Position numbers and translations under genes: made by a program
Notes under the pieces: generated by a model
Database searches by the model: none
The model's input: the letters and a program-made list of their open reading frames with translations, nothing else
What the model was told of the DNA's origin: nothing
Assembly (NCBI GenBank): GCA_002269645.1
Contig: NIVC01000650.1
Coordinates: 186,001 to 250,000, forward strand
DNA length: 64,000 nt
Origin: Macrostomum lignano
Taxonomy: Eukaryota
Direction of reading: 5' to 3'
Shown: positions 11,792 through 22,522 of the stretch, one piece after another
How positions within the stretch are numbered: the stretch's first letter is position 1
How the letters are laid out: each line of letters begins with the position of its first letter

Positions 11792-14700
11792 ATGGCCAAA
11801 TCAGAGCAAGCCAGTTTATTGCCTCCAAAGTTTAGCGTCGACTCCAACGTGAGAATGAGGCTAAGCACCTTTGAAGACTTCGTCGACGACTGCGAATGGG
11901 ACGAAAAGAAGAAGGCAAAGAAGCTGAGACTGCTGGTGACAGGAGAAGCGCAAATCTTCGTCTGGGAGCAGCCGGCAGACGTGTCAGCCAGCTATGAAAA
12001 GCTGAAGGAGAAGCTGATCGAGTGCTTCGGCAATAGTCTGAGCTGCTACAGAGCAAATGGAGGAGTTTGAAGGGCGAAAGTGAAGGCCCAACGAGTCGCT
12101 GAGGGAGCTCGCCTACAGCCTGAAGCTTCTCCACCTTCGGGCCCGCCCAGACGACTCCGTGGCGGCTCGGGAAAAGGATGTGAAGTTTCGCCTGATGCGC
12201 CTCCTGCCATCTGCCGAGAGAGATGCGCTGTTGAAGGACCAGGACGCGGACTCGTGTTCGCTGGCCGCCATCGTCAACAGAGCTGCAAGCTTGAGCTGGT
12301 GAGCCACGCAACTATAGCCTCATCAGCTGCGGTGTCGGTGGAAGACAGACGACTGAGCCAGCTGGAGCAGCAGATGCAGCAGCTGACAGCCAGCGTGCAA
12401 ACGGGACCACCCGGAAGAGACAGGCGTCAGAAGGGACCCATTAAGTGCTTCAGCTGTGGCAAGCCGGGTCACATCACTAGGCGGTGCCCAAAAAGCGATC
12501 GGCAGCCGCTGCAGCCGGTGCTCAGGCAAGAGTCACTCCGCCGCGGTGTGCCCGACACCAACTGGTCAGCCGCATGGAAACTTCTGAGGGTCGGCAGCCT
12601 GGGGCCAGCACCGACCCGCTCAAAAGGGGCCCTCAGATCAGCGCCTTCAGTCTTCGTGAAGGTGCACTTTGGCAGCGTGTCAGCGCCTGCTCTGCTCGAC
12701 ACCGGCGCGCAAGTTTCGTTTCATGGACAAGTCGCTGTTCGACAGATTGCCGTGCAAGATCAACTTCACCGATATCGGTGCGCTGCCGACGGCTGTCGAC
12801 AGATCCCGACTGCGCTGCCCTGGCCTGTCAGCAGCGGATGTTTCGATCGGCCAGACCATCCGCGTGCGCCATCGCTTCAAAGTCGTGGACGGCATCCAGC
12901 CCAGCCTGATCATCGGCATGGACTTCATCGGCGAGGTGTCGCGGGCGATGACCATCGACATTAAAGAAGGCTTCGTCAAGTTCGACAGCACAGCTGTGCC
13001 TTTTAGCAGCGAGCCGGCTCGGGCAGACTGTCGCCTGGTGCCGAGTGTCCTGGTGGCTACGGAGCTGCCCGCCCGCTGCGAGAAGCTGGTGTGGCTCAAG
13101 GTGGATTCCAGCGGCGAGCAGGGAGTCTTTGAGCCGGCTGAGAACTTCGTGAAGTCCACTGCCGTCCTGCCGGCCCGCGTGCTGGCGGTCTCGGACGACT
13201 GCCGCATCCCGGTGAAAATGTGCAACCTGGCAGAGGAGCCCGTGCTGCTGTACGCCAACAAGGCGGTCGGCACGTTCGAAGGCGCCATGACAGACGGGAC
13301 GGTCGCTAGGAGGAGACCTAGGAGACCCCGGTCGGTTGGAAGATAGGTTTCGGGATGTGCAACGCCCCGGCGACGTTCCAGCGGCTCATGGAGCTGGTGA
13401 TGTCCGGCCTGTACTGGGAGTCCGTGCTGACTTACATCGACGACATCATTGTGTTCAGCAGGACGTTCGACGGGCACTTGGAGAGGCTGGCGGAAGTTTT
13501 TAGCGGTTGCGAGACGCGGGACTCAAGCTGCACAAGGCCAAGAGCACGTTCGGCCATCGCCGGGTGCTGTACCTGGGACACCTGATCAGCGAGCAGGGCA
13601 TTGCACCGGATCCCGGCAAGGTTGAGGCCATTCGCAGCATGCCCAGCCCACCGACGACCGAGGAGGTGAAGCGGTTTCTCGAAATGCTGGGGTTCTACCG
13701 CTGGTTCATCCCAGGCTTCAGCCAGACGGCGAGGGTCCTGCACGACGTCAGCGTGAAATCGAGGGACTTCGCGTTGAGCAGCGACTGCGAGCGAGCGTTC
13801 CACGAGTTGAAGGACCGGCTGACGACGGCTCTGGTGCTGAGGCTGCCGTATTTCACCAAGCAGTTCGTGCTCATCTGCGACAGCAGTCAGTTCGCCGTCG
13901 GCGCGGTGCTCAGCCAGCTGCACGGAGACGCCAAGCTGCCTGTGGCGTTCGCCTCGCGCACCCTCAACAAGGCCGAGCGCAACTACTCGGCGACCGACCG
14001 CGAGCTGCTGGCGCTGGTCTGGAGTCTAAATCACTTCAGGACGTACCTGCTGAGTGTCCCGAGCTTCAGGGTCTACTCAGACCACCGGCCACTGCAAAGG
14101 TCTGCTGGCAACGAAGGACCCCGAAGGTCGGCTGGCGCGATGGCTTTCGACGCTGCAGCAGTTTTCGTTCAAACTGCTGTACCGGCCTGGCAGGGACAAC
14201 GTCGTGCCGGATGCGCTGAGCCGGGTGGCCGGCACGCGCCTGCAGCCTCGGTGGGACGACAGCAGCCTGCACGAGGAGCAACTGCAAGAGCCACTGCTAA
14301 GCAGGACGTTCCAGGCGCTGACCGAAGGGATTGACATCCTGTCCGATTCATGGGCGGCGCAGGACGAGGCCTTGGTGAGCTCGGCGGGTGTCCTGCTGGT
14401 GCGTGGCCAGCCAGTCATTCCCGGTCATCTGCGGCCATATTTCCTGCAGCAGGGGCACCCGTGCGACCAGAGCGGACACCTCGGCATCGACAGGACCGGA
14501 GCGAAGTTGTCTGAGCGCTGCTGGTGGCCTGGTCTGCGACGAGACGTTGAGAACTGGGTGGCCAGCTGCGCGGTCTGCCTGGCCAAGATGAGTCCAACCA
14601 AGCCGCAGAAGGCGCCGCTGCAGTCGACGTGCCAGCCGACGGCTCCGTGGCAGCTGGTGCAGATCGACATCAAAGGGCCGCTTCGGCGTACGATGAATGG

Positions 14701-15757
14701 CAAGGCGTACATCCTGAGCATGTGTGACGCCTTCTCCAAGTGGATGGAGACGGCAGCCCTGGCGGTGATCGACGCGGTGACGGTGGCGGATGCGCTGCTC
14801 AAGTCGGTGGTTCTGCATCACGGCGCTCCTCAGATGCTGCACTGCAGTGACCAGCTGCGACAATTCGAGAGCGAGGAGTTCGGCCGGCTCTGTGAGCAGC
14901 TGGGCGTCGAGAAGACGCGCACGTCGTCGTTTAATCCGAGCGGCAAAGGAATCGTCGAGCGAGGCAACCGGACGCTCGGCGACATGCTGGCGACGACGGT
15001 TGGCCAAGAACCAGCAGGACTGGGACAGCAAGCTGCTGTATGTGACCTGGGCCTACAGCACCTCCGTGCACAGCACCACCGGCCTCAGTCCGTACCAGGT
15101 CCTCCACGGCTGGCCACCGAGGCTGGCTCTCGACAGCTGGCTGATAAGCGGCGACCGGCCGGCAGCCGACGGTGGACATCACGGCTTCCTGCGGCGGACT
15201 CAGGAGAACCTGCAGAGCGCCTTCGACACGGTGCACAAGGCCGACTGCGGAGCGCCCAGGTCGAGCGCAACCGGCTGGCCAACCAGGACTCTCGGTTTGT
15301 GCCGTTCGAAGAGGGCCAGCTCGTGATGATGCGCAACTCCGTCATCAAACGCGGTCAGACGCAGTGTTTGAGCGCCAAGTGGAAGGGGCCGTACCGAGTC
15401 CTGAGGCGCCTGGGCGAGGTCAATTACCGCATCCAGGACGAGATCGGCCGCAGGCGCCGGCTGGTGGTGCACCACGACCGCCTCAAGCGCTTCGTGCAGC
15501 GGCGGGCGTCACTGGAGCTTCCGGCCGCAGCAGACCGCTGGCCGCTGGCCGCCGACTTCGACAACAACGGAACCGCCGCAGAGCCGCCCGGGCAGGCGGC
15601 CGATCCTAGCGGCGACGCAGTGACCTTCTGGCCCGAGCTGCAGGCAGACAAGGCACCCGAGGAGCCGCCGGCGGCACCGGCCGAGCCGGTCACGGTTCCG
15701 CGGCGGTCGGCAAGAGAGCGGCGGCCACCTGACTTGTACATGGCGGGATTTGCTTGA
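11792..15757 (+). pseudogene. Frameshifted gag-pol with N-terminal half of RT missing
   Basis: Gag MAKSEQ...; zinc knuckle CFSCGKPGHITRRC; protease LLDTGA; RT remnant GMCNAPATFQRLM...YIDD; RNase H CDSS...RELLA...SDH; integrase H-H-C-C zinc finger and IDIKGP...DAFSKW core; pieces lie in different frames. Confidence 0.92.
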
Positions 15758-15793
15758 CTCGGGAAATGTCTTTTGCTTCTAGGGGGAAATTAG

Positions 15794-15991
15794 TGTAGTC
15801 TGGCTTGTGGGTGCGCGTGCACTTAGATGTGCACGTCTGGCTGTTTTTGGGGTTGGGGTTTAGCGCTGCGGCGTGTGTGTGCTTAGGGTGATTACACCCA
15901 CCCCAACTTTGGCATTAAATATATTGGCGTGAGCCAGTGAGGTCTCCTCACGTTTTTGTTATTTCACTGCAACTCAACCCACGGTCTTATA
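15794..15991 (+). repeat. 3' LTR (198 bp)
   Basis: TGTAGTCTGG...CGGTCTTATA directly after the PPT; matches the 5' LTR apart from an indel and several substitutions. Confidence 0.9.
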
Positions 15992-17690
15992 AAGTAAACA
16001 GACAGAAGCAAACGATAGTTGAATAGCTAATGTCCTGAATTACTGGCCCTAAACTTGGACTAATATTAATAAGTTAAGATTGAAAAAGTAGGAGCTATAT
16101 AGATGATTGAGCTACACCGGGCTGACTATACCAAGGGCAGCGCACCAAAGAAAGAAATACATGTACCTTACAGATGCGGCCGACGGCGGGGCTGCTTGGC
16201 ACGGTGGTCGTCGGATAGTCTCGGCGGCGGCTACAGTCACGGACGATCAGTCCAGACGAGACGCGTCAGGAGGTTATAAAGCCAAGGGAAGTTACAGCTC
16301 AGCACGGTGGTTGCAGCTCAGCACCGAAAAGGGAGAAAGGGCTCCGAACGGTTGTTACGGCTCCGAAAGGTCCGTTTAAGGAAACAGTAGGGGAAGGGGA
16401 AGGAAACGCGGAAAGTGGAAAGGGGGGAGCAAAATGACATGGAAATGGAAAGTGCCGCTCAGGCCTCAAAACAGTCTCTTATTTTACTGCCCTGAGATCA
16501 CGTGTCACGCGATCACGAGAGCGTGATGCGTGATATTAATTGAAGGCCGTGACTTAATTGTACTTGACCAAACAACCCTGATGACGTCATCCGTCAGCCG
16601 CGCTGCGATTGGACGAGAAATTGGGGTGGGGCGCAGCGAATAAAAATGATTTATAATGGGGGATTACGTGTAACGTACAGACAGGAAGAAGCTTAGGAAG
16701 ATAAGGGATCATAAAACTGTCACACGCATGAATGATTTTAAACAATAGAAAGGTGAGGATTGGTGCGCGGAGGAGTGGGGTGTGGGATAAGCGTGAATTG
16801 GTGCGTGAGTCATCATGAACCTAATAAGTCATCACTGGGCGCAGGAATCACAGGCGAAGGAGGGAAGGGTGCGCAAAAAATAGTAGGGGGGGGGGGGCAG
16901 AACGTGCCTAACATTAATACTTTTTATAAAAAAAGTTAATTTTATCTATAACACGTAAACATTTACACATTAGTTTTAACAACTTTAAGCTTCTGACTGT
17001 ATGAAAGGTCAACCATAGTGTGTTGACCCTCATTGTATTGTTAACTAGCTGTGATTATAAGAAAATAACGCTGGGTTATTTTCAAATGGCACGGGTTTAA
17101 GATACAAAACGAACAATAAAAGACGCTCAATATGACGTCCACGAATCAGTTCTATAATTGTTCTCTAGGGAGGCTGAAGATTGCTTCATAATTTGCCAGG
17201 TGTGGTTCGAAAGCACTAATTTATTTCTAGGGCTGTGTATCCAGCTGCCTTGAATAATCATTATAATTGGCTGTTGAAATCTGCAATTTTATCGAAATTA
17301 TTCTGTCATTCATTTTTTGATGCATATCGACTCGTGGAGAACAGTGTAAAATTCCTTTATAGGCTCGTAATATACTCGACGTATCTGCTGAAGGCCAGGA
17401 AATGCTACACATGTAGTTACCCTGTATACAGCAGCTATTCTCAAAACGTTTTTTGCAAAAAGCATGCTGCAGCATGTAGCATTAAATAAGCCGTTTTATC
17501 ACAAGCAATCTATACAGATTCTTACATACTGTACATTTCACAACTGAAGTATATCGAAGACGCGTGTTCTACGTTAGTAACGAATGTTTACATCCACAAC
17601 GGGTGTGAGTTGCTTACATTAGCAAGCGTTCAAACTAGTAACAGTAGCTTACACTAGCAACTAGTTAAAGCTTATAAGCAACGGGTGTTT

Positions 17691-17875
17691 ACATTAGCAA
17701 CTAAAGCTTGCATGAGCAACGGTTGTTTACATTAGCAACTAAAGCTTGCATGAACAACGGTTGTCTACATTAGCAACTAAAGCTTGCATGAGCAACGGTT
17801 GTCTACATTAGCAACTAAAGCTTGCATGAGCAACGGTTGTCTACATTAGCAACTAAAGCTTGCATCAGCAACGGT
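17691..17875. repeat. 38-bp tandem repeat (ACATTAGCAACTAAAGCTTGCATGAGCAACGGTTGT(T/C)T)
   Basis: About 5 copies; the last is interrupted by a MITE. Confidence 0.92.
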
Positions 17876-18188
17876 CAGGGACGTCGCCACCGGGGGACAA
17901 GGCGGGACAATCCCCCCCCCAGTAAAAGCTATGGGGGGACATGCCAATTTTTTGTCCCCCCACTCAACCTCTGACCCGTTATGGAAATCAATAATTTTGC
18001 TTCAGGGCTACAAAATATAGCGCCTGCAGCGCCAAAATAAGTACCTGCGGCGCTAAAATGAGTGCCTGCGGCGCCAAAATGAGTGCCTATGACCGCTGAC
18101 AACACTGATTCTGAAAATAGTGTACACGGTACATGTAGAATTCTTGATGGCTTTGTCCCCAACCATAAAATCCATGGCGACGCCGCTG
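17876..18188. mobile_element. hAT-type MITE, 313 bp
   Basis: TIRs CAGGGACGTCGCCA / TGGCGACGCCGCTG (2 mismatches); flanks GCAACGGT and GCAACGAC (6/8); the host repeat resumes afterwards. Confidence 0.7.
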
Positions 18189-18773
18189 GCAACGACGGGT
18201 GTTTACAGAACGGGCCACTTTAGATGTTTTGTGCTCACCATTCTCAGTATTGGTTATCCTGTGTGGATTTCTTTTTTAAAAGAAGAAACAGGTACAACTT
18301 ATTTGAAAATTTTAGAGGTCTCGGTATCAACTTGATGAATATAGAAAAAAAACGCGTAGTTTAAAAAAATCTCGTATGAAAAAGAAAGAGCGGTTTTCAG
18401 CAGTTTTGCTGTTGCTTTTTGCTAAATATGTGTAGCTTAAACTACCAAAAACTCTTTCTGTTGGCAAAGAAAGGCATCTTTTGGTTTCTAACCGGCCGTG
18501 ACGCAGAGGCTGTTGGGCTGAATCAATTTTGGGGTAGGAAAATTTTATCCACGTGTGCCAGGCACAAAGCTTTACCAATTGGTCCCTTTGGTGAAATAAT
18601 TTCAGTATCTCTAGACACCTGAGCAAGTTAGTATCAAACAGAATTAAAGCCTGGGAGGTTCTTCAAAGTCAAAGAGATTCGTCTAGCTCCGCCGCGTGGT
18701 CGCAGGTGCCAATACCAGCTGTTTTTTCTGGTTTTTCGAATCAATGCGGGAGGTAGCAGGCGCGGCAGAAGTC

Positions 18774-18781
18774 TATATAAG
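18774..18781 (+). promoter_or_regulatory. TATA box of the peptide-precursor gene
   Basis: TATATAAG 88 bp upstream of the ATG at 18862. Confidence 0.65.
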
Positions 18782-18861
18782 AGAGGCAGGCATCGACTAA
18801 GGAGAATTCTATTCCAAAATCGACTGTTGAAACGCAGACAAACTGACAGACAAGAAGAGAC

Positions 18862-19266
18862 ATGCGCGATTGTAGTTGGACTCTCTGGACTCTGCTCTGC
18901 CTTCTGCTGGCTCTGCTGCACCGTGAGTCTAATTAGGTCTAGTCAGCGAACAACATTTCATGCAATTGAATATCATTGATAAAAAATATAGTGGCATTTG
19001 TTATATTTTCAGAGTGCCATTCTGTTCTAGCTGATCCGCAATTGATGGAAGAAGAGCTGCCTAAACAACCGAACACGAAGCTCAGGGGCGAACCGGTGGA
19101 AGAGCGCTTTCCATCTGTATCTGCTGCGGCTACTTCAGGAGAAGGACTGAAAAACAGCGCTGGTTACGCCGACAATGAGCTCAACCAGTTGCAGAAGCAG
19201 GTTCTGAGGCACGCTGTACTAGTTTCCAAGCGTTGGAGAACTTGGTTTCCTAGACTGCGCATTTGA
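18862..19266 (+). CDS. Unrecognised secreted peptide precursor, 104 aa; exons 18862-18922 and 19013-19266
   Basis: Exon 1 MRDCSWTLWTLLCLLLALLH ends C|GTGAGT; a 90-bp intron ends TTTTCAG|AG; the phase-1 join gives Q. Product: signal peptide (likely cut after VLA), acidic spacer, KR, then WRTWFPRLRI*. Confidence 0.8.
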
Positions 19267-20240
19267 CCGGGAACTGAAAGCAGGCGTCTGAGCAGCAGAT
19301 GGAGCGCGAGACAGCGATTAACGGAAGAAGAAAATTTCAGTTTTGATTATTTACTTTCTAAATTTCGTTATTTTCTGTTGTGAAAATATTACAGAGAGTA
19401 CTCGTAGAAGTGAAATAGATTCTGAAGCAAAATAATTGCTAACTTTACGCAGAGAAGCTTTACACTCCCAATTCTGCTAAGGATCAATCGTGTAATCTTT
19501 TAAGTCCTTCAATGCACTGTGTGCTCTCGTAGCCGGCAGTGTTTCAAACCATTAAAGGTAGAAAAAATACCGTCGCAAACTTCGTACATTCGGGAGTCTC
19601 CGTCGCGTTTGGGCAAGACAAAATTTGACAACGATACGAGATACTCCTGACCCAGACAGCACAATCAGTAACAATTACGCTGCATTATTACGCAAAGGCG
19701 TACGCAAAATGATTCTTTTTGCGGGCAGCCTGGTAGACTGCAGAGAGCATCATCGAACTGATGCGTACCGTTTAGTCTAATGAGAGACAATAACAAGAAT
19801 AAGAGAGACGAGCTAATAATCATCCTCTTTTAGGAGAATCAGTCCGCTCACCAAGAATCAGACTCTAACTCAAACTCGGCTCAAACTCGATGTTTGCAAA
19901 AAATGCAGGAGTTAGAAAGGCCTCTTCTGCGTTTACATAAAAATGTTGCAAGCTCCAGTGCTATTTACAAGCAGAATTTTACACATATGTACGCACATAC
20001 ACTGTATAACTCGCAATTTGTCGGTGAGATTTAATAAAAGTTTTAATTCTGGACTACGAGTAATTTTACCGCCATTATCATTGCTTCTCATTACGAATAT
20101 TTCTCTGGAGACCGGCTGTACAAAACTTCCAAATGAAAGCAGATTGTGTCTTTGAAGTTTGAGAGCGCTACGGGGAGTGCACGAGTACATATTTAGGATG
20201 CAATTTAACTGTGTACAGAAACAAAGAGAGCGGGACAGCT

Positions 20241-20300
20241 GAGCAGCTCAGCGGTAGTCGCGTCTGACTCTTGCGCCACGACCCCTGGTTTGATTCCGTG
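20241..20300 (+). mobile_element. tRNA-derived SINE head (degenerate)
   Basis: A-box-like AGCTCAGCGGTAG and B-box-like GGTTTGATTCC; shares CGTCTGACT with a similar head at 58877-58935. Confidence 0.45.
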
Positions 20301-20989
20301 CACCTCGGCTCGTACAGTCTCCGCGCGCTTGTATGTGCGCTGGAATGGGCAGAATGGCCTCAGTGCTGGTTTGAGCACTGCACGATGTCACCAAACGTTC
20401 TATGCGCCATGTAGAGTGCAAAATATTTACATATATAGGCGTATATACATATTTATCGTACGAAAACTTCCAGACCAATTTGCCGAAACAAATTATTGTT
20501 TGCTTAGAATCGACGCCAATCACAAGGGTCTTCAGTGCGAGAGCCAGACGCTTTTAACGATGAGTTGCTTTGCCCCCCCACTATCCAACATATGTGATTT
20601 AAAAACTTTTCCATCAGTTCTAGTCCCAAACTCATATGAAATTGATGGCTGCACGCAAGCAGAGATTAATTGCGCTGCCTCAATGACATGCCTCAAGCAG
20701 ATGCCGCCGCGGCGACAGGAAAATTTCAAATCGGCTGGAAAAATGTTGATAATATGTTTCATAGCTACATACGCTCGTACCACGGTGCGTATAAAGAGAA
20801 ATAAATGCAAAAAACGCGAAAAATGATAGACTGTTGTTTCAAAAGTTCTTTGCTTGCAGTTATGTTTCTGATGCATCGTTGATTAAACAATATATTTATG
20901 TTGTATTTTCCGCTTCCGTCCGTGTCGACCGATTATTGGGATTTCCCAGAGCTTGCCGGGTATAATAGGTGGGAGAGCGGCCACCCCTG

Positions 20990-21575
20990 AGGAGCTTACG
21001 GACACTTCAGGGCGGAAGTGGAGGGGCGCGGAGCTTACGGACACTTCAGGGCGGAAGTGGAGGGGCGCGGAGCTTACGGACACTTCAGGGCGGAAGTGGA
21101 GGGGCGCGGAGCGTACGGACACTTCATGGCGGAAGTGGAGGGGCGCGGAGCTTACGGACAATTCAGGGCGGAAGTGGAGGGGCGGGGAGCTTACGGACAC
21201 TTCAGGGCGGAAGTGGAGGGGCGCGGAGCTTACGGACACTTCAGGGCGGAAGTGGAGGGGCGCGGAGCTTACGGACACTTCAGGGCGGAAGTGGAGGGGC
21301 GCGGAGCTTACGGACACTTCAGGGCGGAAGTGGAGGGACGGGGAGCTTACGGACACTTCAGGGCGGAAGTGGAGGGGCGCGGAGCTTACGGACACTTCAG
21401 GGCGGAAGTGGAGGGGCGCGGAGCTTACGGACACTTCAGGGCGGAAGTGGAGGGACGGGGAGCTTACGGACACTTCAGGGCGGAAGTGGAGGGACGGGGA
21501 GCTTACGGACACTTCAGGGCGGAAGTGGAGGGGAGCAGAGCTTACGGACACTTCAGGGCGGAAGTGGAGGGGCGG
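20990..21575. repeat. 39-bp GC-rich minisatellite (GAGCTTACGGACACTTCAGGGCGGAAGTGGAGGGGCGCG)
   Basis: About 15 copies; 13-codon period explains four overlapping repeat ORFs. Confidence 0.97.
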
Positions 21576-21943
21576 GGAGCGTACGAACAGACGGACAGTC
21601 GCCCAGCCCTACGACAAGAAGGATCGGTTCGGATGAGGAGACTCAGCAGCACCAGAGAGGTGGACACGGGTCTGTAGAGGCGTACGGACACTTCACAGAC
21701 CCGAGCGAATCACTCAAAATAAGTAGTGGTAGAGAGAGCAGTGAGGGCGAAAGCCGGGCAAGGACCGCGCGCACACAAATACTGCATGAGTGGAGAGCAG
21801 GGGGCTAGGTGGGACTAAGCCACGCAGGGCTGGGGGTGCGGGGGGGGGGCAAAACTCACAGAGTTGAAGGGCGAGGGAGAAAGAAGGGGGAAGGCCAGCC
21901 AATCAGGTGCCTCCGCGGCGAGAGACATGATTGGACTAGCCCA

Positions 21944-21946
<3 letters not shown>

Positions 21947-22016
<70 letters not shown>

Positions 22017-22050
22017 GAGAGAGAGAGAGAGGGGGGGAGGGAGAGAGAGA
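21947..22050. repeat. (GA)n microsatellite
   Basis: Direct reading. Confidence 0.95.
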
Positions 22051-22522
22051 GGCGAAAAGACGCCAGCCAATAAAAATGAAAACGAGACAAATAAAGTGAA
22101 GAATGGCAGCTTAAGACGGAGGGGGGGAGATCAGAATGAACCAGCGATAGGGAGAGGAGAGGTGGAGAGCGCAGGGGTCAGTGCAAGGGCATTGAGGCGC
22201 AGCTCACAAAATTTATTCGGTAATCTGACTCGATTGCTTACATTCCTTGAATATGGACACCAGGACCTAAATAGCCTTTGCTTGCATCTAGACACAGTGT
22301 GACTAAGGTCTGCGTTCACCTGCATGGCGTTTGCGTATATTTCGTGCGATAAATAACGACAAGACTGTATGTCGAATGAATACAGCGAGTCAACTCGCTC
22401 GTAGCCATCAAGCATCCATGCCCGAACCACTCAGATGAAACCAGACCAGAAGAAATGGTCACTATTTCAACAAGCTTCTCGTAAATCTTCTCACAAACTT
22501 TAAACGGAAGATAACCTCCTGC

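Larger units (their letters stand above)
11634..15991 (+). mobile_element. Ty3/gypsy LTR retrotransposon, internally deleted, about 4.36 kb
   Basis: Two related LTRs, PPT AGGGGGAAATTAG (15781-15793), and domain order gag-PR-RT-RNaseH-INT. Confidence 0.95.

Noticed and set aside
11832-15741. Many antisense and alternative-frame ORFs over the gypsy element
   Set aside because: Shadow ORFs of GC-rich coding sequence.
11690-15900. Telomere-like words (TTGGGG, TTAGGG) in the LTRs
   Set aside because: Isolated single occurrences, not arrays.
17182-17216. CTGAAGA...GAAA as a second hammerhead
   Set aside because: No credible stem II or cleavage triplet.
20883-21808. Four long overlapping ORFs in the 39-bp array
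   Set aside because: A stop-free unit with length divisible by 3; no protein-like context.
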